Assembly: GCA_963545025.1 (NCBI GenBank)
Contig: CAUUIU010000001.1
Location: forward strand, 1 to 42,484
Reading direction: 5' to 3'
Source: an uncultured Sphingopyxis sp.
GTDB taxonomy: Bacteria; Pseudomonadota; Alphaproteobacteria; Sphingomonadales; Sphingomonadaceae
Length of the DNA: 42,484 nucleotides
Shown here: piece after piece, positions 8,661 to 16,803 of the stretch
How the letters are laid out: each line of letters begins with the position of its first letter
How positions within the stretch are numbered: position 1 is the first letter of the stretch
Made by a program: the position numbers and the translations under genes
Notes under the pieces: generated by a model
Seen by the model: the letters and a program-made list of their open reading frames with translations, nothing else
Database searches by the model: none
What the model was told of the DNA's origin: nothing

Positions 8661-8956
8661 CCGACCTCCTGACCATCGAAGAGACCTGCGCGCGGCTTGC
8701 CATTTCGCCGCCGACCCTGCGCCAATTGCGCCAAGAGGGGCTCATCGGTTACGTCAGGATCGACGGGCGCAAGATTCGGCACACCCCTGACGACATCGCC
8801 GATTACCTCGCGCGCCGCCGCGTAGCCCCCCGTCCGCAGGAACTGCACCCATGCCCAGCCCCATCCCCAAAAAGAACTCGCCGCACTGGCACTACGACTT
8901 CGTCAGGAACGGTCGTCGGTTTCATGGCTCGACGGGCACAAGCAACAAGCGCCTAG
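8657..8956 (+). CDS. xis: Excisionase (helix-turn-helix)
   Basis: LLTIEETCARLAISPPTLRQLRQEGLIGYVRI...RHTPDDIADYL; immediately upstream of and overlapping int. Confidence 0.85.
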   Translation: MTDLLTIEETCARLAISPPTLRQLRQEGLIGYVRIDGRKIRHTPDDIADYLARRRVAPRPQELHPCPAPSPKRTRRTGTTTSSGTVVGFMARRAQATSA

Positions 8957-9951
8957 CGCAGAAGATCATCGACCAGCGGTTGCACGAAGCGCTGCTGCCC
9001 GAACAGAAGAAGCCGCCGATCACTCTCGACGACGCCGCGGGCTTCTACGAGGATCACGCTCGCAACCTGTCGAGCTGGAAAACCACCGAATATATCCTTG
9101 CCGCGCTGATCACGGGGATCGGCGGCGGTCTGCTCCTTTCCGAGGTGACCCAGCGCAAACTCATCGACCATTATGCCGCGCGCCGCGTGCGCGACGATGG
9201 CAAGCTGCGCGCGAACAGCAGCATCAACCGCGAGATCGAGGTCGCGAGCGCGCTATGGCATCGCGCGGAAAAGGCGAAATTCGATGTGGGCGAGATGCCA
9301 GACTGGAACGCCCTTCGGTACAAGGCGCAAGGAACGCGCTGGCACCTTCTCGACGCCGGCGACCAGCAGGACGCCTATCTTGCCGCGATCCGCGATGACG
9401 TGCGCCCAGCGGTCGAGTTCCTGCTCCTGTCGGGCTGGCGGCGCAGCGAGGTCGTCAATCTCGGTTGGAACGACCTCGATCTGCCCAACCGGACGGCGTG
9501 GACCCGCGTCAAGGGCGGTGCAATGGTCGAGCGCCCGCTGACCCAAGCGATGCTGCTCATCATCGCCAACCAGCCGAAAGCTGGCCCCAAGGTCTTCACC
9601 TATGTGTGTAAGCGCGCGACAGCGAGCGGAGGCAGGCGCGAGCGCGTGAAACGGCGTCAGGGCGATCGCTACCCGCTCAGCGCCACCGTGATCCGCGAGG
9701 CCCATGAAGCCGCGCGCGAGACGATCGAAGCGCCGAACCTTCGCCTGCATGATCTTCGGCACACCCGTGCGACCCGCGTCCTGCGACAGACCCGCGACCT
9801 GGCGCTTACGAAGCGCGCCCTCGCTCACCGCAACATCGCGACGACGCTGAAGTATGCCCACGTGCTCGACGATGATGTTCGGAGCGGCCTCGATGCAAGC
9901 GAGTCCCGCACAACTCCCGAAGCCGCTAACAGCGAACAGAAGAAAGCTTAA
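8851..9951 (+). CDS. int: Tyrosine integrase
   Basis: Arm-binding N-terminus (WHYDF...RFHGSTGT); catalytic R (GWRRSE), K (VKGG), HDLRH, H (LAH) and Y (TLKYAH). Confidence 0.96.
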   Translation: MPSPIPKKNSPHWHYDFVRNGRRFHGSTGTSNKRLAQKIIDQRLHEALLPEQKKPPITLDDAAGFYEDHARNLSSWKTTEYILAALITGIGGGLLLSEVTQRKLIDHYAARRVRDDGKLRANSSINREIEVASALWHRAEKAKFDVGEMPDWNALRYKAQGTRWHLLDAGDQQDAYLAAIRDDVRPAVEFLLLSGWRRSEVVNLGWNDLDLPNRTAWTRVKGGAMVERPLTQAMLLIIANQPKAGPKVFTYVCKRATASGGRRERVKRRQGDRYPLSATVIREAHEAARETIEAPNLRLHDLRHTRATRVLRQTRDLALTKRALAHRNIATTLKYAHVLDDDVRSGLDASESRTTPEAANSEQKKA

Positions 9952-9986
9952 CGATTTTCGATGCTTGGGAAATCTGCGCCATCCCC

Positions 9987-10024
9987 GTGTAAACGAGATG
10001 CTCTACCAACTGAGCTAAGCGCCC
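9987..10024 (-). tRNA. 5' half of tRNA-Val(TAC), partial (attP homology segment)
   Basis: GGGCGCTTAGCTCAGTTGGTAGAGCATCTCGTTTACAC: acceptor 5' strand, D-arm, anticodon 5' stem and 7-nt loop; no 3' stem, T-arm or CCA. Confidence 0.88.
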
Positions 10025-10042
10025 CAACCTGTGGGAGCGGCG

Positions 10043-10071
10043 CAAATGCGGCGGTTTCGCCCGTTCGTCAA
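10043..10071 (-). promoter_or_regulatory. Stable-RNA-type promoter upstream of the tRNA half
   Basis: TTGACG (10071-10066), 17-nt spacer, CATTTG, then GC-rich CGCCGCTC discriminator, about 19 nt before tRNA position 1. Confidence 0.6.
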
Positions 10072-10175
10072 GGGGCTTTGAGAGCAAGCCTGACGAACAG
10101 AAAGAAAACGAAGCGCAACGAGAGTCCCGCACAAGTCCCGAACTCCGTTCGCGGGCTGTTCCCGGTCCGCGCCGC

Positions 10176-10364
10176 ATGACCGGCTTCACCCAAATGCGCC
10201 AGTCCCTCGTCGACCGCGGCCTCGTCTGCGCGTCGACCGGCCGCCTGACCGATGCCGGGCTCGCCTATTCCGATCAGGTAAAGCGCGAGGTCAGGGATGC
10301 GCCGCCTCCGCCCGATGAGGCGCCGCTGTTCGTGCGGTGGAATACGGGGAGGGCTGGGCGATGA
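10176..10364 (+). CDS. Hypothetical protein
   Basis: 62-aa ORF coupled to the next gene. Confidence 0.55.
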   Translation: MTGFTQMRQSLVDRGLVCASTGRLTDAGLAYSDQVKREVRDAPPPPDEAPLFVRWNTGRAGR

Positions 10365-10609
10365 GCGCTGACCACGACACCATCCGCCGATCCCTCAGCA
10401 AGGCCGCACAGCGCCTGCCCACAGCAGCGCGCCAGCTCTTCCGGCAATTTCTGGCCGATCTGCCCCCCGCGCCCCTCGACGAGCGCTCGGACGGCCGACG
10501 CAAGCATTCGTGGCATCGCAAGTCGAAGCCGAGACGACCCACAAGGCGCGCAATCGTGAAGCGCCGGAGCAAGCAGATGGAGATGTTCGATGCCGATGAC
10601 ATTGTTTGA
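10361..10609 (+). CDS. Hypothetical basic protein
   Basis: ATGA overlap; GGAGG upstream; Arg/Lys-rich. Confidence 0.55.
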   Translation: MSADHDTIRRSLSKAAQRLPTAARQLFRQFLADLPPAPLDERSDGRRKHSWHRKSKPRRPTRRAIVKRRSKQMEMFDADDIV

Positions 10610-10874
10610 ACGGATGAGCCGGCTCGCTGCCAAGGCGCATCAAGACGAAGAGCCAGAGAGCGAAGGGGTCAAATGCTCACTCTGCGGCAATCACATGACT
10701 TTCGGTGCGGCCTCTGCCGCGATGCGGGCGCGCCATGACGAAAGCGAGATGGTCGGCATGATGGCCATTTTGACTGGCTGGAAGCGCGACGGCGACCGCT
10801 GGATATGCAGTCGACACGACCGAAACCCGAGAGGCGACGAATCTCTTGCGAGCAAGGAGCAGCCCCATGAATAA
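10590..10874 (+). CDS. Hypothetical Zn-binding protein
   Basis: GGAG SD; CSLC...GW...WICSRH. Confidence 0.6.
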   Translation: MPMTLFERMSRLAAKAHQDEEPESEGVKCSLCGNHMTFGAASAAMRARHDESEMVGMMAILTGWKRDGDRWICSRHDRNPRGDESLASKEQPHE

Positions 10875-11718
10875 CCCATCATCCCCGCGCGTGACGCAGG
10901 AAGACCGCGATGCTGCTGCCAACCTCAGCGACGCTTGGTTGGGCATAGCGGGGGATAGCAACGAGGTGCGGCAAGGACTGCTCGACGATTGGCATGTCGT
11001 CCAAGCCTTCGCCCGCCACCGCCTCGCCCATACCACCGATGGGCACAGCACGGCGGGGGAGCCTGTTGCATGGCTGTACGAGTGCGGTGAACCGTTTCCG
11101 GTCCGCTACATCCATGATGTCCGGATGCCAGCGTACCTCGCCGACGAGGACGGCTGGACGGAAACGCCCCTCTACGCCGCCACCCCTCCCCATACCAGCG
11201 ATACGGCGGGGGAGGGCTGGCGCGACATTGCGAGCGCCCCGAAAGACGGTACGCGCATCTTGGTCCGCTTCGGCGAGGCTCTAGGTATCCGCGTCGATGC
11301 GGCAAGGTGGATCGCCAATCAGCGCGGTTCGGGCGGCTATTTCTCTTCCCACATCGTCGAGCACGTCCAAGGTGAACGCTACATGCGGAAGAACCAGCCG
11401 GGGCATTGGATGCCCATGCCATCGGCCACCCTCTCCCAGCATACCAGCGATAGCGCGCTTCGGGAGGCATGGCAGCCTATCGAAACGGCACCGCGAGACG
11501 GAACCGAGTTCATCGCTTGGTCGCGCAACATCGACCGGCCGCTTCACGCTGGCGGTTGGAACGAACGTTGCCGCTTCAACCCGGATAGCGGGGCTTTCGA
11601 GATTTGGGGCCGCATTGATTATGACGAGGATGGCTGGGACTGCCTGTCATATGTCGAGCCAACGCACTGGATGCCCGAGATCCCCGCTCCCGCAACCTTA
11701 TCAACGGAGGCAAAGTAG
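10867..11718 (+). CDS. Mosaic protein with tandem DUF551-like domains
   Basis: AAGGAG SD; EPVAW...PLY module, then two W..I..AP.DGT...HWMP domains. Confidence 0.75.
   Translation: MNNPSSPRVTQEDRDAAANLSDAWLGIAGDSNEVRQGLLDDWHVVQAFARHRLAHTTDGHSTAGEPVAWLYECGEPFPVRYIHDVRMPAYLADEDGWTETPLYAATPPHTSDTAGEGWRDIASAPKDGTRILVRFGEALGIRVDAARWIANQRGSGGYFSSHIVEHVQGERYMRKNQPGHWMPMPSATLSQHTSDSALREAWQPIETAPRDGTEFIAWSRNIDRPLHAGGWNERCRFNPDSGAFEIWGRIDYDEDGWDCLSYVEPTHWMPEIPAPATLSTEAK
11029..11451 (+). repeat. Three copies of an inter-domain linker repeat
   Basis: CATACCA(C/G)CGAT at 11029, 11191 and 11440; ACGGCGGGGGAG at 11050 and 11203. Confidence 0.75.
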
Positions 11719-12033
11719 ATGGATGAGCGCCGATGCAACAACTGCCTCGAAACAGGCGGGGTGATCCGCATGTGGGGCGCTGTTCATTGGTGCCGCCAAT
11801 GTGCGACCGACGCCGGGGAGATGGGTCGGCGAGCCATCGTGCGCCACGATTACGGAAGCGATGCCGGAAATTTCACCCCCGACGTTCTCAAGCGCATCGC
11901 GAACGGGCCGATCATGGATTCGAACGCGATCTATCTGCCCGCTGGCAAACTATCGAAAGCCGAGGCTGACGCTCGCGAGCGCGCCATAATCAATGACAGC
12001 CAGTCGAAACAGTTGCGCCAGCCGCGCCTCTAA
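11719..12033 (+). CDS. Hypothetical Zn-finger protein
   Basis: GGAGG SD; CNNC...CRQC. Confidence 0.65.
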   Translation: MDERRCNNCLETGGVIRMWGAVHWCRQCATDAGEMGRRAIVRHDYGSDAGNFTPDVLKRIANGPIMDSNAIYLPAGKLSKAEADARERAIINDSQSKQLRQPRL

Positions 12034-12047
12034 GCCAGCGTCCGCCC

Positions 12048-12200
12048 ATGACCGAATCGCGCTACGAAGTCCGCGGCCCCGATCCTGACGGCGACTGGTT
12101 CGTCGTCGAGGTGGATTGCGACGACGAAACCTGCATCGAACAGACCTATGCGACACAGGCGGACGCCCAGATGGCTGCCGATGCCCTCAACGCCTCGTAG
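12048..12200 (+). CDS. Small acidic protein (50 aa)
   Basis: MTESRYEVRGPDPDGDWFVVEVDCDDETCIEQTYATQADAQMAADALNAS fills the gap; weak SD. Confidence 0.5.
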   Translation: MTESRYEVRGPDPDGDWFVVEVDCDDETCIEQTYATQADAQMAADALNAS

Positions 12201-12381
12201 CGGACCGCCGCCGAAGGGCTATTACGGCGTCGTGGCTGTCGGCGACGGTTGGAGGCCGGTGACGCCTGAGAGCAGCGCGCGCACCCTCATGCTTCAGGAT
12301 GCCCTCGACGCGGGAGCGACGCATATCGGGCACTGGACCGGCAGGAAGTGGGAGCATGTCGAGCCGGTGGATTCGGTGTGA
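12181..12381 (+). CDS. Hypothetical protein
   Basis: ORF coupled to the next gene; start uncertain. Confidence 0.5.
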   Translation: MPSTPRSGPPPKGYYGVVAVGDGWRPVTPESSARTLMLQDALDAGATHIGHWTGRKWEHVEPVDSV

Positions 12382-12590
12382 CGCGCGAGTTGACCACCGG
12401 CCAGCGCAATCGCCTCAGCGCGCTCGCAAAGGCCGGGCAGTCGCTGCCGTGGGGGCGATCAGACCCCGCGCTCGCAAAGATGCGCCTGGTGCGGAAATAT
12501 GGCGGGCCGATGGGCGAGGAATATGCGGACCTCACCAGCGACGGCTTGGCGATGGCGCAGCGGATACAGAAAAGCGCGGGGAAGGCCTAA
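12378..12590 (+). CDS. Small winged-helix-like protein
   Basis: GTGA overlap; LTTGQRNRL...LAKMRLV...LTSDGLAMA. Confidence 0.55.
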   Translation: MTRELTTGQRNRLSALAKAGQSLPWGRSDPALAKMRLVRKYGGPMGEEYADLTSDGLAMAQRIQKSAGKA

Positions 12591-12604
12591 GCCCGCCCCG
12601 CGCT
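12568..12604 (-). terminator. Late-transcript terminator at the strand convergence point
   Basis: Minus strand AGCGCGGGG-N14-CCCCGCGCT followed by TTTCT. Confidence 0.65.
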
Positions 12605-12627
12605 CCTGCGCCCCAGCAGATATAGCG

Positions 12628-12849
12628 TTACCGCTTCGCAGCGTCCGTGAGCTTGTCCTGAAGCCGCTGATGACCAGCGTCGTTCTCCGCCATCAGTTCG
12701 GCGAGCGAGGCCTTCGCGGTCGCCTGATCGCCCTCATTGTCGAGCAGACCGATCGCCTGTTCGATGATCGACTTCACCGAGGAGACGCCGGCGAGCGCCG
12801 GGCCGATGTGCTTGATGGCGTCGAGGATGGTGTCGAGGTTCATGGTCAT
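12628..12849 (-). CDS. Small amphipathic lysis-cassette protein
   Basis: MTMNLDTILDAIKHIGPALAGV...; ATGA-coupled to the lipoprotein. Confidence 0.6.
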   Translation of the reverse strand: MTMNLDTILDAIKHIGPALAGVSSVKSIIEQAIGLLDNEGDQATAKASLAELMAENDAGHQRLQDKLTDAAKR

Positions 12850-13211
12850 GCTCCCGCAATGGCGGCCGTGGCCGAGGTGATGGCAGCAAGGGCCTCGTCG
12901 ACCGCCTTCTTGTAGCTGTCGGCGTTCCCGGCCCGGTATGCAGCGCGGGCGGCGCCCACGAGGGCATATGCCCGGTTGTCGAGGCCCTTGACCCGTTCGG
13001 CCGCTGCGCCCCGGAGCACGCCAGCATCGACGGCCAGTTCCATGGCGGTGCGGAAGGCTTTGTAAGCAACCTCGGCACCGCGTGCGCCGCTCTCGTCGAG
13101 CGTGGTCTTGTCGGCGATCGCGACAGGCGCGGGCGGGACGGTCGGCAGGGTCGTGCAGGCGGGCAGCGTGAGCGCCAGCGCGGCGGCGAGGAATAGCTTT
13201 CGCATCGTCAT
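12846..13211 (-). CDS. Lipoprotein, spanin-like
   Basis: AAGGAG SD; MTMRKLFLAAALALTLPA-C lipobox, Pro-rich linker, helical body; downstream of the endolysin. Confidence 0.7.
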   Translation of the reverse strand: MTMRKLFLAAALALTLPACTTLPTVPPAPVAIADKTTLDESGARGAEVAYKAFRTAMELAVDAGVLRGAAAERVKGLDNRAYALVGAARAAYRAGNADSYKKAVDEALAAITSATAAIAGA

Positions 13212-13216
13212 TCTCC

Positions 13217-13480
13217 TTATTTCGGATCGGCGGGAGGATCGGAAGGCGGCGCATTCGCAAGGCTGGCGCCCATCCGGTCGACGCTGCGCTGCGTCCAACG
13301 GCCCTGCACAGCCTCGATGATGCGCTGAAGCACGAGCAGGAAGGCCGCGACGTCGAAACCATCGCCGACAAGGCCGCGCTCGATCGCGCGCCAGAGGAGA
13401 AACACCACGCCGATGCCGATGGCACTCAGTAGGGCAATCTCGCTCCCGTGGTCGGTCAGACGTAGCGAAGGCACCTTCAC
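13217..13480 (-). CDS. Holin-like two-TM membrane protein
   Basis: Two hydrophobic segments; GTGA-coupled to the endolysin. Confidence 0.55.
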   Translation of the reverse strand: MKVPSLRLTDHGSEIALLSAIGIGVVFLLWRAIERGLVGDGFDVAAFLLVLQRIIEAVQGRWTQRSVDRMGASLANAPPSDPPADPK

Positions 13481-14046
13481 GACAGCCCGCCCGCGCGCAG
13501 ACCGCGCTCGAATATCTGGGCATAATCCTCGATCAGGTCCGCCTTATCGCGGCCGTTGATAATCGTCCGCGCGTTCATGTACTGGACGCGGGTCGCGACG
13601 CCTTTCATCGGCAGGCAGTCGCGCAGCTTGACCCCGGTAAACCAGCCCTCGTCCATGCCGCGGCGCAGGATGAAGGCCGAGATAACCGGCTCCATCACCT
13701 TGTCGGGGTTCGCGAGGATTTCGCCCGGCTTGCAGAGACCGGCGTCGGAACAGGCTTTGTCCGCCTTCTTGTAATTGAATTCCCACGTGAGCTGCACGTC
13801 GCCGCGGCCGTACCAAGGCCAGTAGCGGAGATGCTTCTTCCGCCACGCCTCGGACAGCCAGTAGGCCTCGCGCACCGGCTCCATGGTCTTGTTGCTCTCG
13901 TGCCAAGGCGTCGCGAGCATATAGGCCTGATGCGATAGGGGTGCCCCCGCTGCAGCGTTGAGGATGCGCTCGATGCCCGCGACCTGTGAGGGCGAAAACG
14001 GCCCGAGGCGCGGGCGGGTCGACGCGAAGAATTCTGCTCGGTTCAT
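13477..14046 (-). CDS. Endolysin, GH19 chitinase-like lysozyme
   Basis: AYMLATPWHES...MEPVRE...YGRGDVQLTW..NY...ARTIING. Confidence 0.88.
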   Translation of the reverse strand: MNRAEFFASTRPRLGPFSPSQVAGIERILNAAAGAPLSHQAYMLATPWHESNKTMEPVREAYWLSEAWRKKHLRYWPWYGRGDVQLTWEFNYKKADKACSDAGLCKPGEILANPDKVMEPVISAFILRRGMDEGWFTGVKLRDCLPMKGVATRVQYMNARTIINGRDKADLIEDYAQIFERGLRAGGLS

Positions 14047-14234
14047 TGTTTCCGCTCCTTTTCGTCGATCCTGTCAGCCAACTTCGAGATGGCGCGGGGC
14101 AGTTCCTCGCCGAGGGTGGGGGTTGTCGGCATCGCGATGATCATCTCGAGCGGCCCGACGATCTCGGTGCAGACCAGCGTCAGCCGTGTCGCGGCGTCGC
14201 GCACGGCATGGATCGCGGCGATATTCGCGTTCAT
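14043..14234 (-). CDS. Hypothetical protein (63 aa)
   Basis: MNANIAAIHAV...; ATGA overlaps at both ends. Confidence 0.55.
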   Translation of the reverse strand: MNANIAAIHAVRDAATRLTLVCTEIVGPLEMIIAMPTTPTLGEELPRAISKLADRIDEKERKQ

Positions 14235-14431
14235 TTCAGCCTCTGATCGAGGTGCTGAATGGTGACGGTCAGCGCCGAAAGCGACTTCGCCAGTTCGATG
14301 TCGGCAGCGGCGCGCGCAACGTCGGCCTCTTTGCGCTCGCCCGACACAGCCCGCTCGCGCCAGACGAGATAGGCGATCATCAGACCGAGCGGGCCGAACT
14401 GCCCGAATGCGGTGACCAGTTCCGGCGTCAA
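14231..14431 (-). CDS. Holin-like protein (N-terminal TM plus coiled coil)
   Basis: GGAGG then TTG 14431; FGQFGPLGLMIAYLVWRE. Confidence 0.6.
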   Translation of the reverse strand: MTPELVTAFGQFGPLGLMIAYLVWRERAVSGERKEADVARAAADIELAKSLSALTVTIQHLDQRLK

Positions 14432-14523
14432 CGCAGCCTCCGCCAAGCATATGCCGAGGCGAGCGCGAGCACCGAGATCACGGCGAGGATGATCGCCACG
14501 GCGAGGTGATCGTCGGAGGTCAT
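14428..14523 (-). CDS. 31-aa single-TM peptide
   Basis: MTSDDHLAVAIILAVISVLALASAYAWRRLR; GGAGG SD; coupled on both sides; not in the ORF track. Confidence 0.55.
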   Translation of the reverse strand: MTSDDHLAVAIILAVISVLALASAYAWRRLR

Positions 14524-14705
14524 GCGGCCTCCATCTCCATCAGGCGCTTCTGGAGCCGATGCTCCCGCTTCATGATGACGAGGCGCATCTCGTCGTCGAT
14601 CTCGTCGCGGAATCGGTCCGCCTGAAACGAGAGCCTTTGCAACTCGTCCCGGACCTCGTCAGCGGTTTCGTAGGTCTCGATCGGCGTTTCGAGGTCAATC
14701 TCCAT
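14520..14705 (-). CDS. Hypothetical protein
   Basis: GGAGG SD; 61 aa. Confidence 0.6.
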   Translation of the reverse strand: MEIDLETPIETYETADEVRDELQRLSFQADRFRDEIDDEMRLVIMKREHRLQKRLMEMEAA

Positions 14706-15054
14706 CGGCTTCCTCCCCGTCCGCCGCGAAGGGTCCCTTGCGCTCGATGAACATCTCGATGCGGCCTGCGATCAGCGGCATGCTGAGTCCATAGGTCGAC
14801 CGCGATGCCTCCAGGATGATCGAACGCTCGTCGGTGGAAAGCCTGCCAGTCCCGCCTTGCGCGAGGCGGTCAGCGAGCAGGATGCGCTTCATGGGCGCGC
14901 TTTTCAGCGGAGGAGAGCCGGGAGGCAGCGGCAGGCAAAGGCAGTTCGCCATCGCGTCGCCCAGCGTCCAGTCTTCGGCGGTTTCCCCGTCCGGCTTCCA
15001 CTGAATCGCCTTTCCCCGCGGGTCGAGCATCACAATATCGAAATCGAAATCCAT
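14695..15054 (-). CDS. Hypothetical protein, possible tail-fibre chaperone
   Basis: GGAGG SD; directly downstream of the tail fibre. Confidence 0.55.
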   Translation of the reverse strand: MDFDFDIVMLDPRGKAIQWKPDGETAEDWTLGDAMANCLCLPLPPGSPPLKSAPMKRILLADRLAQGGTGRLSTDERSIILEASRSTYGLSMPLIAGRIEMFIERKGPFAADGEEADGD

Positions 15055-15066
15055 AAATCCTCCAGA

Positions 15067-16803
15067 TCAGGCGGGTGCGAACAGTTCGATGCGTCGGGGG
15101 GTGCCGTTGAGCAGTATCTCGGCAAATCCGGCCGCCGCCCCCGCTGCGGGGAAGAGGGTGCCGTCGCCGCGCACCGCAACCGGGTGGGCGGCCGATCCGA
15201 GGGCGAACTGCGCAGTTTTGTCAGCGTTGGTGGCACCCGTTTCAGCTGCTGCGGACGCGCCCGCACCGATGGCGATGCCCTCGGACCCAGCTGCAGCAGC
15301 GGCACCGATCGCGACGGCGAAGCCCGTGGCGCCGGCCAGCGCATCCGCGACATCGCCGATGAAGACGTTCGAACCGCCATTGGTGAGGGTGCCGCCAGCG
15401 AGCCGGCCCATACCCACGTTCCCGCTTCCGTCCTGCACACGATAGAGTGCGCGGTAACCGAATGCGGTCAGGTGATTTGCGGTGGTCGCGTCGCGTCCTG
15501 CCTCATAGCCGAAAGCTGCGGCATTCTGCCCGGTCGTCAGCGCGACCAGTGCCTGGCCGCCGAACGCGGAGGCGAGCGAGCCGGTGTAGGACTGCAGCGC
15601 GCCGTCACCGAAGCCGCTGTTTCCATTGGCGTTGATGATGTTCGAAAGCGCCGAGGAGCCGAAGGCGTTGTTGCCGCTGCCCGTCGTGCAGCTGACAAGC
15701 GCATTCGCGCCGACCGCGTTGGTGTCCGATGCCGAGGTTGCCGAGCCGAGCGCACGGTAACCGACGCCGACAGCGCGGGCACCGGTGAACGCCCCGCCCG
15801 CAATGCCGCTCAGCGATTTCCAGCCGATGCCGACGTTGTGCGAGCCCGTCGTGAGGCGGTAGCCAGCCTGATACCCGGCGACGACGTTGCCGAAGCAGGT
15901 CGTCGCATTGAAGGCGGCGTCAACACCGATCGCCACATTCTCGAAGAGCGTCGTGCCGCTGAAAAAGCTCGTCGTGCCGATCGCAACGTTGCGGTAGCCG
16001 GAGGTGCATTCGTAGAGCGCTTTCGGCCCATAGGCGGCGTTATTATAGCCCTCGGTCAGCTTGCGGAGCGTCTCGTACCCCATGCCTGTGTTGTCATAGG
16101 CATTGTCGGCATCGCGCATGACGTTCGGCCCGAAGGCGCAGTTGCCATAGCCGGCGTTCGGGTTGGCGTTCGAGGTCTCCCCGGTGAGGCTGAGCAGCGC
16201 GCCGAGGCCAAAGGCATGATTGTTGCCGCCCACGTTCGGAAGGCCCGGGTCGTCGACCAGATTGCGCAGGCCGTCGCCGAAAGCGAACGAGAACGGGAAA
16301 AGCGCCTGATCCGGCGTGTAGATGTCCGCCGTCTTGTCGATAAAGGTCTGCTTCGACACCGGGGCCGCCGCGTCCCCCTGATCCTCGTAATATGGCGCGC
16401 CCACGATGCGCTCATAGAGCCGCAGCTCGCCCGTCTCGGCGCTGCTGAAAAACTCCCCGGGGACGAAATCAGCAACCCCGTCCGCGCGCGTGGCGCGATA
16501 GTTCGTGAAGGCCTGAGCGGCGAGCGCCGAATCCGCGGCGGTCTGTGCATAGGAGGGGCCGAGGATGACCTCGTTCTCGATCAGCACCCGGCGCTTACCG
16601 ACCCATACCTGATGCTGATAATAGCCGTCCGGAGCGCGATACGAGAAATTGCCGTCGTGGTCGGTCGTGATCGGCTGATTGATCGGATTATCGTTGGTGT
16701 CCGTGATCGTCGCCAGTTCGCCCTCTGCCGTATAGACAAAGACCGAGGCGCCCTCGACGGGGCGGCCATTCTCGTCAGTGTAATTGCCGTTGTACTGCGT
16801 CAT
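15067..16803 (-). CDS. Tail fibre or spike with Gly/Ala/Asn-rich beta-roll repeats
   Basis: N-terminal D..G.PV.GASV.VY anchor domain; many ~14-aa N.A.G..A/L repeats resembling YadA-type heads. Confidence 0.8.
   Translation of the reverse strand: MTQYNGNYTDENGRPVEGASVFVYTAEGELATITDTNDNPINQPITTDHDGNFSYRAPDGYYQHQVWVGKRRVLIENEVILGPSYAQTAADSALAAQAFTNYRATRADGVADFVPGEFFSSAETGELRLYERIVGAPYYEDQGDAAAPVSKQTFIDKTADIYTPDQALFPFSFAFGDGLRNLVDDPGLPNVGGNNHAFGLGALLSLTGETSNANPNAGYGNCAFGPNVMRDADNAYDNTGMGYETLRKLTEGYNNAAYGPKALYECTSGYRNVAIGTTSFFSGTTLFENVAIGVDAAFNATTCFGNVVAGYQAGYRLTTGSHNVGIGWKSLSGIAGGAFTGARAVGVGYRALGSATSASDTNAVGANALVSCTTGSGNNAFGSSALSNIINANGNSGFGDGALQSYTGSLASAFGGQALVALTTGQNAAAFGYEAGRDATTANHLTAFGYRALYRVQDGSGNVGMGRLAGGTLTNGGSNVFIGDVADALAGATGFAVAIGAAAAAGSEGIAIGAGASAAAETGATNADKTAQFALGSAAHPVAVRGDGTLFPAAGAAAGFAEILLNGTPRRIELFAPA

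Larger units (their letters stand above)
9901..10142. other. attP: core in the tRNA-Val anticodon loop flanked by arm-type repeats
   Basis: GAGTCCCGCACAA(C/G)TCCCGAA at 9901-9921 and 10122-10142 (20/21 identical) flank the tRNA fragment; imperfect dyad CATCTCG-TTTACAC-GGGGATG around 9987-9993. Confidence 0.88.

Noticed and set aside
9950..10024. Complete phage-encoded tRNA-Val gene
   Set aside because: Similarity stops at the anticodon loop; no matching 3' stem, T-arm or acceptor 3' strand
15200..16250. Tail-fibre repeats as a CRISPR array or DGR template/variable repeat
   Set aside because: Repeats are degenerate and protein-level only; no constant repeat-spacer pattern and no reverse transcriptase or cas gene in the genome
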